Shown here: in pieces, positions 10,452 through 19,770 of the stretch
Layout: the number at the start of each line of letters is the position of its first letter
Position numbering within the stretch: position 1 is the first letter of the stretch
From: Candidatus Latescibacterota bacterium
Lineage (GTDB): Bacteria; Latescibacterota; UBA2968; GCA-2709665
Assembly: GCA_965237675.1 (NCBI GenBank)
Contig: OZ250150.1
Coordinates: 2,880,001-2,944,000, forward strand
DNA length: 64,000 nt
Direction: 5' to 3'
The notes under the pieces: model-generated
What the model saw: the letters and a program-made list of their open reading frames with translations, nothing else
Told to the model about the DNA's origin: nothing
Databases searched by the model: none
Made by a program: the position numbers and the translations under genes

Positions 10452-10736
10452 ATGTCCGATAGCCTTCCCGTGGTCACGCTTTTTTCCAGGAACGACTGTC
10501 ATTTGTGTGATATCGCGAAAGGCCGCATCGCCACGGCAGTCCGGCGTGTCCCGTTCCGGCTTGAGATCGTTGATATCGACGGAGATCCGGAACTGTATGA
10601 GCGATACAATGAACGGATACCGGTTGTGCAGATCAACGGGGAAGAGGTATTTGCATACCGGGTGAACGAGAGGGTGCTGGTCCGGAAGTTGAAATCGCTG
10701 TCGGCCCGGCCAAGGAGACGATATGGGTGGGGATGA
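10452..10736 (+). CDS. Glutaredoxin-like protein (DUF836 type)
   Basis: CHLC motif, EIVDID, YNERIPVV. Confidence 0.85.
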   Translation: MSDSLPVVTLFSRNDCHLCDIAKGRIATAVRRVPFRLEIVDIDGDPELYERYNERIPVVQINGEEVFAYRVNERVLVRKLKSLSARPRRRYGWG

Positions 10737-12057
10737 CCTTTTCGCCGCGCTGGAACCCGAGGCACCGCTTGCGGATCGGATGAGACCCCGCTGCCTGGAT
10801 GAGGTGAGGGGACAGGATCATCTCACGGCGCCGGGCGCTCCGTTTCGGAGGTTGATCGAAGGCGACCGGGCGCCGTCGATGATCTTCTGGGGGCCACCGG
10901 GATCGGGCAAGACAACGCTGGCGCGTCTCGTGGCCGAGTCCACGAAAAGCCGTTTTGTGGCGTTCAGCGCGGTCACGTCCGGGGTGAAGGAGGTGCGTGA
11001 GATCGTTGCACGCGCAAAGGGGGAACGCGGGCTGGGAATGCGGACCACCCTGTTCATCGACGAGATTCACCGGTTCAACCGTGCGCAACAGGATGCATTC
11101 TTGCCGCATGTCGAAGACGGCACCATTAGTCTGATCGGTGCGACGACCGAGAATCCTTCGTTTGAGGTGAACGCGGCGCTGCTTTCGCGGATGCAGGTTT
11201 TCGTGTTGAATCTGCTGGATGTCCCGGCAATTTGCGAGGTCCTGAATGCCGCGCTCGTCAACAACGGGCGCGGGCTGCCGGACGCGACCGCCGACGAGGA
11301 CGCCCTTGAGGTAATAGCGACGGCGGCAGAGGGGGACGCCCGCCGTGCCCTGAATTTGCTTGAAATGGCCTCGGCGTCCGTGGAAACGGGCAAACGACTG
11401 ACAGCAGAGTCGGTCAAAGCCGTGATGGGCAGCAAGGCGTTTCTGTACGACAAAGGCGGCGAGGAACACTATAATCTGATCTCGGCGTTACATAAGAGCC
11501 TGAGGGACAGCGATCCGCATGCGTCGCTATACTGGCTGGCGCGTATGATGGAATCGGGCGAGCACCCGCACTATATCTTGAGGCGGATGGTTCGATTCGC
11601 GTCCGAGGATATCGGAAACGCGGATCCCCGGGCGCTTTCAATCGCGCTGGCCGCGAAGGACGCGTACGATTTTCTGGGCAGCCCCGAGGGAGACCTCGCG
11701 ATTGCGCAGGCAGCCGTATATCTCGCTACCGCGGTCAAGAGCAATTCGGTTTATAAGGCCCATGGTGAAGCGCGCAGGGATGTCAGGGAACAGCCGAATC
11801 TGCCCGTGCCGCTGCACCTGAGAAATGCGCCGACGGGATTGATGAAGGAGTTGGGTTACGGTCAGGGTTATCAATATGCTCACGACGATCCCGATGGGTA
11901 CGTGGCGCAGAACCATCTGCCGGAAAACCTGCAAGGGCGTGAGTACTATCGTCCCGCGAACCGCGGGTACGAGCGGCAGATCAGGGAATTGATGGACTGG
12001 TGGGAAGAACTGCGAAGGCGGAAGCCGAAATTGGAGAACGCCCGGGACGACCTGTAA
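10723..12057 (+). CDS. rarA: Replication-associated recombination protein A (MgsA/RarA AAA+ ATPase)
   Basis: PLADRMRP, GPPGSGKTT, DEIHRFN, GATTENPSF, ISALHKS, ASEDIG, VPLHLRNAPT. Confidence 0.96.
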   Translation: MGGDDLFAALEPEAPLADRMRPRCLDEVRGQDHLTAPGAPFRRLIEGDRAPSMIFWGPPGSGKTTLARLVAESTKSRFVAFSAVTSGVKEVREIVARAKGERGLGMRTTLFIDEIHRFNRAQQDAFLPHVEDGTISLIGATTENPSFEVNAALLSRMQVFVLNLLDVPAICEVLNAALVNNGRGLPDATADEDALEVIATAAEGDARRALNLLEMASASVETGKRLTAESVKAVMGSKAFLYDKGGEEHYNLISALHKSLRDSDPHASLYWLARMMESGEHPHYILRRMVRFASEDIGNADPRALSIALAAKDAYDFLGSPEGDLAIAQAAVYLATAVKSNSVYKAHGEARRDVREQPNLPVPLHLRNAPTGLMKELGYGQGYQYAHDDPDGYVAQNHLPENLQGREYYRPANRGYERQIRELMDWWEELRRRKPKLENARDDL

Positions 12058-12191
12058 TGCCAATAAGTGCATCCGCGATTGTGTATTAAGGACGGAAAAC
12101 TGTCATAACGTATGCAAACGTCGTTCGACAGCGGGTGTGTCTCGCGTGTCGTCCGATCGTCGGGAAACAAAGGCAAGGGAGGAGGCGAGAC

Positions 12192-12303
12192 ATGAGGCTG
12201 ACCCGAACTTTCAATGTGTCCTATCCGCCTCCCGAGCGTTCCTGACGCAGTCATTGCCGCTGTCATTATCGCAACTCGATTGTTCCTCCGGAGCCGCGGG
12301 TAG
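12192..12303 (+). promoter_or_regulatory. Candidate leader peptides (17 aa at 12192-12245; 29 aa at 12214-12303)
   Basis: GGAGGAGG then ATG gives MRLTRTFNVSYPPPERS*. An overlapping frame gives MCPIRLPSVPDAVIAAVIIATRLFLRSRG*, whose stop lies in a terminator loop. Confidence 0.35.
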
Positions 12304-12326
12304 GATTCTGTCCCGCGGTTTTTTTT
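12293..12326 (+). terminator. Rho-independent terminator/attenuator hairpin
   Basis: CCGCGGG-11nt-CCCGCGG followed by T8, ~37 nt upstream of the next start codon. Confidence 0.7.
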
Positions 12327-12362
12327 GTGCCCAAACGGGTTTTTCATCGCCCCACGGAGGAG

Positions 12363-12770
12363 ATGATCGAGTATATGTACAATTCCGATTTCTGGGAAAT
12401 GCGGCTGGACCAGCGCGAACTGGAAAATGCTCCCAACGAGGCCGGCATCTGGTATGAGTCCGTCGAAGATCAAAAACGCCGATATGTGTGGGAGGACCGG
12501 GTTGCGGAACTGGCGGTTCGTATTCTCGAGGCAACGCCACGCTGTCTGACGGAGAAACAGCGTGAGGCGACGCTGCTGTATTTCTGCCGCCGGAAAACGC
12601 AAAGTGAAATTGCGGCGATTATGGACATTTCCCGGCGCGTGGTCAGCCAGCATCTGTTCGGCATCAGACGCGGGGGGAAGCAGGTGGGTGGCGCAATAGG
12701 TAAATTGAGAAAGCTGTGTGAAGAACAGGCGATGGGACCCGGCATCCGGGACTCAGCGGCTTCAGGGTGA
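12363..12770 (+). CDS. Small sigma70 region-4-type HTH protein
   Basis: LTEKQREATLLYFCRRKTQSEIAAIMDISRRVVSQH..GGAIGKLRK. RBS-like GGAGG just before ATG 12363. No recognisable region 2. Confidence 0.75.
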   Translation: MIEYMYNSDFWEMRLDQRELENAPNEAGIWYESVEDQKRRYVWEDRVAELAVRILEATPRCLTEKQREATLLYFCRRKTQSEIAAIMDISRRVVSQHLFGIRRGGKQVGGAIGKLRKLCEEQAMGPGIRDSAASG

Positions 12771-12842
12771 ACCTCCCGCCGTTCGGATGGGTGGCCGTTC
12801 GTTTCTTCCCGACGCCGGCGGTCGCCGGCGCGGCCAGCGGGT

Positions 12843-14051
12843 TCAGATCGCCCACGTCTTCATTTTCTCTTCGTCCAATTCAACGCCCAGGCCGGGTTCT
12901 TCAAAGGGTTCCAGTGCGCCGTTCCGGTACCTGAATGGTGTCTTGCAGATGTCGTCTACCAGGAGGGAGGGCCCGACGAGGTCGGAGGGGACGGTCACGT
13001 TTCTGGAAGCCACGGCGAGGTGGACAAACGCGGCGGTGCCGGGGCCCATCTCCACGGTGCTGCCCAGCAGCACGGGGATTCCGGCCGTCTGCGCGATATG
13101 GATCAGGCGTTGACTGCGCAGGATGCCGCCGGCCTGGGAGGGGATAACGTTGAAGACGTCAACGGCTCGGTGGCGTACGAGAGCCATTGAGAAACCGTCG
13201 TTGAGATCGGCCACGTGTTCGATAATCTGAATGGGGGTCTGTTTCCGAACGCGGGCCAGCGAGCAGGCCGCTTCATCGGCATTTTCGTTGATCCGTTCGG
13301 GATTGTCGTTGGCGACGGCACGGTTCACGGCGACCAACGGCGTCTCGCATGCGTCGACGCCGGCGGCGGCCATGTCCCGGATTTTTTCAATGGCCTCATC
13401 CTCCTCCCACGCGCCGCTGGCGTCGGCTTTGAGATAGACATCGGGGCCCGCCACCTGGCGGAAGCGCGCGATGCGGTCCAAATCGCGTGAATGATCCTCG
13501 CCGACCTTGAGCTTGAAGGCACGAAGTCCCTGGGAGACCTTGGCCTCGATTTCATCTTCAAGCGCGTTGAGCTCTTCGTCCAACGAGACGCCTCGTCGCA
13601 TATAGGCGACCCAGCAGACGTCAACCCGTTCGTGACGGCGCCCGCCCAGCAGTTCGTAAAGGGGGGCGCCGTAGTGTTTGCCGGCAAGGTCGAGCAGGGC
13701 GATCTCTACGCCGAACAGAGTGAGACCCCGAAGTTCCGGGTGAATGCCGTCCGGCAGTTCCGAGGCGACGCGGGCGCGCAGGAGGTTTCGATCGGCGACG
13801 TCGCCATCCTTCAACACGCGCAGGAGGAGGTCGCCCAGATCGCCAGGTCCGAGCGGATTCATCCTGTCCGCGATATCGGGGACCTCACCCAGGCCCACGC
13901 GGCCCGTGTCCGTAAAGAACTCGAGGATCTGATATCTGGATCGGCTGAGGTCTTCGTCGGGTTGGAGGCCCTGCGGGTCGGCGGCATAGGTGGTGTAGAT
14001 GCGGGGAACCGAGACTTCGCGCACACGGACGCCGGTGATTTTCATGGACAC
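12843..14051 (-). CDS. Mandelate racemase/muconate lactonizing enzyme (enolase superfamily)
   Basis: GLGEV, EIALLDLAGK..PLYELLGG, KLK, DASG, ETP, C-terminal PGLGVELD. Confidence 0.88.
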   Translation of the reverse strand: MSMKITGVRVREVSVPRIYTTYAADPQGLQPDEDLSRSRYQILEFFTDTGRVGLGEVPDIADRMNPLGPGDLGDLLLRVLKDGDVADRNLLRARVASELPDGIHPELRGLTLFGVEIALLDLAGKHYGAPLYELLGGRRHERVDVCWVAYMRRGVSLDEELNALEDEIEAKVSQGLRAFKLKVGEDHSRDLDRIARFRQVAGPDVYLKADASGAWEEDEAIEKIRDMAAAGVDACETPLVAVNRAVANDNPERINENADEAACSLARVRKQTPIQIIEHVADLNDGFSMALVRHRAVDVFNVIPSQAGGILRSQRLIHIAQTAGIPVLLGSTVEMGPGTAAFVHLAVASRNVTVPSDLVGPSLLVDDICKTPFRYRNGALEPFEEPGLGVELDEEKMKTWAI

Positions 14052-14063
14052 GGTCCTCCCGGT

Positions 14064-14402
14064 TCAGACGGAACCGGATCCTGCGAGTTGGTTTCGCGTA
14101 TAGGACAGAAGTGCGGCCGTGAGGATGCTGGCGATGAGCAACACGCCCGCCGGCATGAGTTTCCGGGTTCTGATGAATCGACTCAACGAAATCCCGGTGA
14201 GGAGCAGGGAGAGCATCAGGCCGATGAGCAGCCCCGTGGCTGGATCGGTCCGCCCGATCCAGAATGCATAGAGGGCAACCAGCCCGCTGAGTCCGCCGGC
14301 GAGGAGAGAGATGGAGCTATCCGATTTGAGCTTGCCCATCAGGCCGCCTGCAATCAACAGGAGGCCGTACAGAGCCAGGACGGTTTGTGCGAGTTGGAGC
14401 AT
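14064..14402 (-). CDS. TMEM14-family small membrane protein
   Basis: YGLLLIAGGLMG..SISLLAGGLSG..RFIRTRKLMPAG; about four hydrophobic helices. Confidence 0.8.
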   Translation of the reverse strand: MLQLAQTVLALYGLLLIAGGLMGKLKSDSSISLLAGGLSGLVALYAFWIGRTDPATGLLIGLMLSLLLTGISLSRFIRTRKLMPAGVLLIASILTAALLSYTRNQLAGSGSV

Positions 14403-14554
14403 GGGTTCCCTCCGATTGCGGTTGACGAATCGTGTTCTGTCGCGGAAAATAGATTGCCGAAATTCGGTCGACGAGACGGGATGACCCGGCGCCTGCCTGT
14501 GCGTACTGCCTCACGCAGGCAGGGAAGCGTGGTAACTATTTCAGGGACAGGGCG

Positions 14555-15559
14555 CTAGCCCGTGCGGTACTTATCCACCGTGGCGAGATCCAGTGTCACG
14601 CCCAGACCCGGCGTTTCGGGCAGCATGAAGTGTCCGTCCTGTACGACAAGGGCGCCGTTGACAACGTCGGCGACGCGGGTGAATGGCAGTTCGTCACAGG
14701 GCAGGGTGGCATTGGCGATTGTGGCCTGGACGTGCACGGAGTAAGCGGCGAGGACGCCCAGGCACAGGCCGCCCATCTGCACCCAGCAGGGGACGTCCGC
14801 GGCCTCCGCGAGAACGGCGGCTTTCTTCACCTGCTGCGCCGGCCCCCCAAGGTTCACGTAGTCGATGCATTCGGCCTTCAGCGCGTTCAGCACGTCTTTC
14901 GGCGCGCCCAGGTGCAGCGCGATTGGAATGTGGGTTTTTTCGCGCAGGAGACGATACCAGTCCAGGTTATTCTTGAGCACGGGATCTTCGAAGTTGGCGA
15001 CCGTACCGAAGGGTTCCAGTTCACCGGCGAGTCGCGCGGCGACGGAGGGGCGCTGAAACGCCGTATTGGGGTCGACGCCGACGGTGTATTCGGGCCCCGC
15101 GGCTTCTTTGATGAGCCGGACGGTTTCCACGATGTTCCACGGGCGCGCCTTGAGCTTGTGGTTGGTGAAGCCCAGTTTCGCGCCGATCTCGGCTTCGGCG
15201 GCGGTTTCTTCGGGTTCCATGGCGCAGGACCAGTAGGAGACGGGTATGCGGTCGCGGACTTTCTCCCCGAAAAAGCGGTAGAGCGGAACACCGTAGGCCT
15301 GTCCGGCGATGTCCAGAAGGGCACAGGTGAACGGGTCGGGCTGCGCGAATGGATCCACGGTGAGGGGATCCTGCCCGGTGAGCGTGGCGGCTTTTTCCGC
15401 GAAACGGGTAGGTTCGCCCTGGCATTCGCCGATTCCCTCGATGCCGCCGTCGGTATGTACGCGACACAGCGTGATGGCATAGATTTTGGGATGGTATCTG
15501 GCAATGGGCGGAATGGGTGGGATCTCTACTTCGAAGAGGTCGATGTCGGTGATTTTCAC
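14555..15559 (-). CDS. Enolase-superfamily enzyme (MR/MLE)
   Basis: GIGEC, ALLDIAG..PLYRFFG, HKLK, DPN, EDP, PGLGVTLD. Confidence 0.88.
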   Translation of the reverse strand: MKITDIDLFEVEIPPIPPIARYHPKIYAITLCRVHTDGGIEGIGECQGEPTRFAEKAATLTGQDPLTVDPFAQPDPFTCALLDIAGQAYGVPLYRFFGEKVRDRIPVSYWSCAMEPEETAAEAEIGAKLGFTNHKLKARPWNIVETVRLIKEAAGPEYTVGVDPNTAFQRPSVAARLAGELEPFGTVANFEDPVLKNNLDWYRLLREKTHIPIALHLGAPKDVLNALKAECIDYVNLGGPAQQVKKAAVLAEAADVPCWVQMGGLCLGVLAAYSVHVQATIANATLPCDELPFTRVADVVNGALVVQDGHFMLPETPGLGVTLDLATVDKYRTG

Positions 15560-15663
15560 TACGGGCCTCCTTTGAACCGTTCCGGCCCCTTTTCGCCTGG
15601 CGGAAAGGAGCCTGCCGATCGTTCAGGGTTTATGATCGGCCGTTAGCGTACGTGTCCGGACCG

Positions 15664-17163
15664 TTAGATTCGAGTTCGCAGGCACTGTTTGACGGCTGCA
15701 AGGCAGACTTCTACGACGGTGTCCGTGTTCATGACGAGGGCATGCACGTCGTCGCGATTGCCGGACATCTCTATCAGGAAGGCGGCGGGCGTGCCGCGTT
15801 CGGCGGCGTAAGAGATGCAATACGGCTCGGGTGGCCGGAAATCGGTGATGCGATCCATGTTGACCTGCTGGTACGCGCCTGCGTACGGCTTCTGAGTCAG
15901 GTAACGGTCCTTCAGGCGGTCCCGGATGTCCGCGTGAATGGCCGCGAGCAATTCCCCGTCTCCCTTGTGGGGCAGCATCATGATGTAATCGGCCGTATGG
16001 AAGTCGATCACGCAGATCGGCCGGCAGCGATCGATGATGCCCTGGATGATCCGCGTCTCCCGCTCGGAGGCGGGTTCCGTCCCCATGTAATTGTAATCCC
16101 AGGGCATCCGCACGTCCTGCACATAGTGGAAGCCGTCCCAGTTGCAATCGAAGTTGCGGTTGAGGTCAACGCCCCGCGAGTTCTGTCGGGTGAAGCGATC
16201 GAATCCCCCCGGGTTCTGCACCGGCAGCATCTTGAAATGCAGTTCGCGGGTGTTCAACCCTTCCACGTTCGGATTCTGACACAGGACTTCCGCAAGCCGC
16301 AGGAGGCCGTACGCGTTCTCCCATTCCCAGCCGTGTATGGCGGCGCCGAAGTACATTGTGGGTTTGGATTCATCGCCGACGTTCAGGGAATAGATCGGCC
16401 TGCCGTCACTGGAGCGTCCTTCATCCTCCAGGTGGAGGTCCGGATACCGTTCGGCGGTGTCGCACATCAGATCGACAAATCCATCGTAGGCAAGGCGTTC
16501 CGGATAGTGTCTGCCGTAACGAACGGCGTTGTTGACGATGTTGCCCAGGAAGAGATACTTGTTCGTGCTCCCCCAGGAATTGTACCAGGGGCGCACCGGC
16601 GACACGAGGTCCATGGCCACAATGCGGCCATCTCCGACTCTTTGTTCCAGCATGACGGCGCCGCTGTTCAGATTGGATAGGCCCAGAACGGCGACGTCCC
16701 GGGAGGTTTCCAGGCCCAGGATCTGGCGCTGGAACATCTGGTTGGCATAGGTCTGATCCGGGGCGCTGGTGACGGTTCCGTACCACCACACGGTGTCGCC
16801 AACGGAATAGCCCCGGGTCACGTCGTTTTCAATTTCAATTCGCATCTCGGGTCGGATGCGGTCGTGCATGTGGGTTTTGCTGAAATGCAGGCCACGGTTG
16901 TGCGCGTACTCGACGAGGCAGGAGATGACCTGCCCCCCGGATTCCGCGAATGCGGTGACGGCATTGTAGTCCAGCATCCGCAGGTTGCGTCCGTCATTCA
17001 CCACGGTGATCACGAATTCATACTGGCCGAGAACGCCTGCGTCGTGACCGTCACTCACATAGTCCAGGCGTTTGACTCTGTCCGGATACAGAATGTCCAG
17101 ATCGGCCCCGATGGTTCCGCCGGTGCCGTCCGTGAGCAGGAGGATGTTTTGATCAGATTGCAT
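15664..17163 (-). CDS. M14 zinc carboxypeptidase-domain protein with uncharacterised N-terminal domain
   Basis: HGWE (HxxE), NPGG, RQNSRGVDLNRNF, DFH, catalytic E in LIEMSG. Confidence 0.82.
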   Translation of the reverse strand: MQSDQNILLLTDGTGGTIGADLDILYPDRVKRLDYVSDGHDAGVLGQYEFVITVVNDGRNLRMLDYNAVTAFAESGGQVISCLVEYAHNRGLHFSKTHMHDRIRPEMRIEIENDVTRGYSVGDTVWWYGTVTSAPDQTYANQMFQRQILGLETSRDVAVLGLSNLNSGAVMLEQRVGDGRIVAMDLVSPVRPWYNSWGSTNKYLFLGNIVNNAVRYGRHYPERLAYDGFVDLMCDTAERYPDLHLEDEGRSSDGRPIYSLNVGDESKPTMYFGAAIHGWEWENAYGLLRLAEVLCQNPNVEGLNTRELHFKMLPVQNPGGFDRFTRQNSRGVDLNRNFDCNWDGFHYVQDVRMPWDYNYMGTEPASERETRIIQGIIDRCRPICVIDFHTADYIMMLPHKGDGELLAAIHADIRDRLKDRYLTQKPYAGAYQQVNMDRITDFRPPEPYCISYAAERGTPAAFLIEMSGNRDDVHALVMNTDTVVEVCLAAVKQCLRTRI

Positions 17164-17227
17164 GGTGACGTTTGGTCCTTGCCGTTTTCACGTACGAGCG
17201 ACGCGTGGACCCTTGACGATCAAAAGG

Positions 17228-18244
17228 TTATGGCCGTGTGATTGCCGGTGGGTTGACAATATTTCTGAGCGGCTGTCCGAGCAGGGCCTTTCGGCAGGTC
17301 TCGGCGGTCCTGACGCGGAGGTCCGTCAGGCTCTGCTCCGAATAGAATGCGGAATGGGGCGTGATAAGCACGCGATGGTGTGCGGGGTGCCCGGGATTCC
17401 GCCATGCAACGATGAGGGGATCGTCCTCTTTGAGCTGTTCCCATTCGAATACGTCGATACCTGCTCCCGCCAGGCGACCCGACGCGATGGCGTCCGGTAT
17501 CGCTGACGTGTCGACGACCGCGCCACGGGCGGTATTCACCAGGTACGCGCCTTCAGGCATACGGGCGATGGCTTTGGCGTTGATCAGGTGTCGGGTCTCG
17601 TCGGTGAGCGGGCAGTGGATGCTGAGCGTGAAGGCCTGGTTGAGAGTTTCCTCGAGCGTTTCCACGCGCCGTATGCCCAGGGCTTTGGCGTATCCATCCG
17701 GTTTGTAGGGGTCGTAAAAACACACGTCCATGCCCAGCGCCTTCGCGCGCAGCGCGGCGGCGGTGCCGATGCGACCCAGGCCGACGATCGCAAATACGCT
17801 GCCGCGGATGCGTTGGAGGGGCGCGGCCTGGGAGGGGGACCAGGGTCCCCGGGCGGCCCGCAGGCGGGAGTTGAGAAACGCCACGCCACGGATCATGGAC
17901 ACCGCCATGCCGACGGCCGCATCGGCCACGTCTTCGGTTCCATAGTCCGGTACGTTGCACACCGATATGCCCAATTCACGGGCGCAGGAGACGTCTACAT
18001 TGTCGAATCCGACGCCGCCCCGGGCGATGACTTTGCATTTGCGCAGGCGATTGAGGGTCGTTCGGGAAACCCGGATGTAATGGTAGGCAATGATGGCGTC
18101 GGCGTCTTCGACTCTGCCGGCGAGCTCGTCCTCCCGGGTCGCTTGCAGAACGCGGACGTCGGCGACGCCGTTGAGGATGTCCCTTTCGACACCGGGGTCG
18201 GAGATGAAATCCGTGATGACGACATTTGATTTCCGGCTGGACAT
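17228..18244 (-). CDS. D-2-hydroxyacid dehydrogenase (CtBP-like)
   Basis: GVGFDNVD, NVPDYGTEDVAD, GLGRIG, HCPLT, NTARG, TPHSAFYS. Confidence 0.92.
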   Translation of the reverse strand: MSSRKSNVVITDFISDPGVERDILNGVADVRVLQATREDELAGRVEDADAIIAYHYIRVSRTTLNRLRKCKVIARGGVGFDNVDVSCARELGISVCNVPDYGTEDVADAAVGMAVSMIRGVAFLNSRLRAARGPWSPSQAAPLQRIRGSVFAIVGLGRIGTAAALRAKALGMDVCFYDPYKPDGYAKALGIRRVETLEETLNQAFTLSIHCPLTDETRHLINAKAIARMPEGAYLVNTARGAVVDTSAIPDAIASGRLAGAGIDVFEWEQLKEDDPLIVAWRNPGHPAHHRVLITPHSAFYSEQSLTDLRVRTAETCRKALLGQPLRNIVNPPAITRP

Positions 18245-18310
18245 TTCGGATCGGGCGGAAGACGGGGATCTTTGGGGTGGGAAGGCGTTCCGGGTACGGT
18301 TCCGGCCGAT

Positions 18311-18339
18311 AACGTATCGTGGAACCCGCGGAAAGTCAA
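18311..18339 (-). promoter_or_regulatory. sigma70-type promoter TTGACT-17-TACGTT
   Basis: Upstream of the dehydrogenase gene, 17-bp spacer. Confidence 0.5.
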
Positions 18340-18439
18340 GCCCATTTCAGGTGGCCGGCGCTGTCCTGTCAATTGGTACGCGTTTCGGCCGGCCGGCAGG
18401 TCTGTCGGAGGTCGGGTGCGTTGAGGCGCGGGTCCGGCT

Positions 18440-19699
18440 TCAGGTATCGTACCCGAGCCTGCGCCAGCGCGTGCGGGCGGAACGGACGGCATCCTGGCCC
18501 GGTTTGACATAACCCCGCGTGCTGGGTGGAGGCTGGCCGGGCCCGGCGTCTTCGGGGTAGGGCGACCAGTGGTCCTCCAGATAGGGTTTGCAGGCGGTCT
18601 TCCTGCGGAAGTCGGGAATCGGACAGGGGACGCCGTTCTCCAGGCAGGAGCGCCAGGCCTGGACGCCGACAGCAGCCATGGCGACGCCACGGTACACGTT
18701 CAGATAGGGTTGGCGGCCCGACCGGATGGCGCGTGCAAAGTGAAAATTCGTCCAGAAGTCCCCGCCTCCGTGGCCCGCCCGGCGGGCGAGGTCGCCGTGT
18801 TCCGGCCAGTCGGCCGTGTAGGAGCGGTCCACCGGCTGACCCTTGTCTCGCAGCCAATCTTCATGATGAATGCGTACGCAACTCCAGTGGTTGGGCTCCG
18901 CGGTGGCGATGAGGCCCCGATCGCCGTGAATTTCGTAGCGGACACGATGGATGGAACTGAGTTGCAGACCCAGAATTCGAAAGACGGCGCCGTTGTCCAT
19001 CCGGACCAGTATGAGACCGCCCTGATCGCCCACCCGCACGCGATGGGGAGATTGGGTGGGTTCTTCGACGATGGAAAGGGCGTTCACGGACACGGGCATG
19101 GTCCCCGTGATGCACATCAGGGGCGCGAGCGCGTGGCTGCAGTAGTAGGTCGGCGGGATCCAGTTGCGCCAGTGGTTCAGGCCCGGTGAGATGCCCAGGC
19201 GCCAATTCTCTTCGGCGGCGTGGTTGTATTCGCCTTCGGCGTACGTGACGTTTCCGATCTCTCCGGCGCGGTAGAGGCGACGCAGTTCCTGGTTGGCGGA
19301 GGAGAAGGGGTAGTTTTCAGCGAACATATAGATGTTGCCGCTTGCTTCCACGGCGCGGCAGAGAGCGACGCCCTCCGCAAGGGTCTTGCACGCGGCGGTT
19401 TCACTCATCACGTGTTTTCCCGCTCGCAGGGCCTTAACGGCGAAAGGCGCGTGCTCGTGGCTGTAGTTGGCCAGGATGACCGCATCCATGTCATGTTCGA
19501 GAAAGCGGTTGTAGTCGGTGTACGTGGTCACGCCGTATTCTCTCCCGGCCTCTTCGAGTTTCTCCTTCCACGTATCACACAGGGCCACCAGTTCCATGCC
19601 CACGGCGTCGGTTGCGCCCCGGGCAAAGCTCCGTCCCCTGCCCACACCGATGATTCCGACCCGGATGGGTCGGTGAACGGATTGATGCTGTGGCATCAA
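18440..19699 (-). CDS. Gfo/Idh/MocA oxidoreductase
   Basis: VGIIGVGRG, GKHVMSE, AENY, EGEYNH, GHGGGDF. Confidence 0.9.
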   Translation of the reverse strand: MMPQHQSVHRPIRVGIIGVGRGRSFARGATDAVGMELVALCDTWKEKLEEAGREYGVTTYTDYNRFLEHDMDAVILANYSHEHAPFAVKALRAGKHVMSETAACKTLAEGVALCRAVEASGNIYMFAENYPFSSANQELRRLYRAGEIGNVTYAEGEYNHAAEENWRLGISPGLNHWRNWIPPTYYCSHALAPLMCITGTMPVSVNALSIVEEPTQSPHRVRVGDQGGLILVRMDNGAVFRILGLQLSSIHRVRYEIHGDRGLIATAEPNHWSCVRIHHEDWLRDKGQPVDRSYTADWPEHGDLARRAGHGGGDFWTNFHFARAIRSGRQPYLNVYRGVAMAAVGVQAWRSCLENGVPCPIPDFRRKTACKPYLEDHWSPYPEDAGPGQPPPSTRGYVKPGQDAVRSARTRWRRLGYDT

Positions 19700-19770
19700 A
19701 GGGGGATCCTTTTGGTTAAGTTATTGAGGAACAGGCGATTATCGGACACATCTGAAGACATTCAGGGCGT

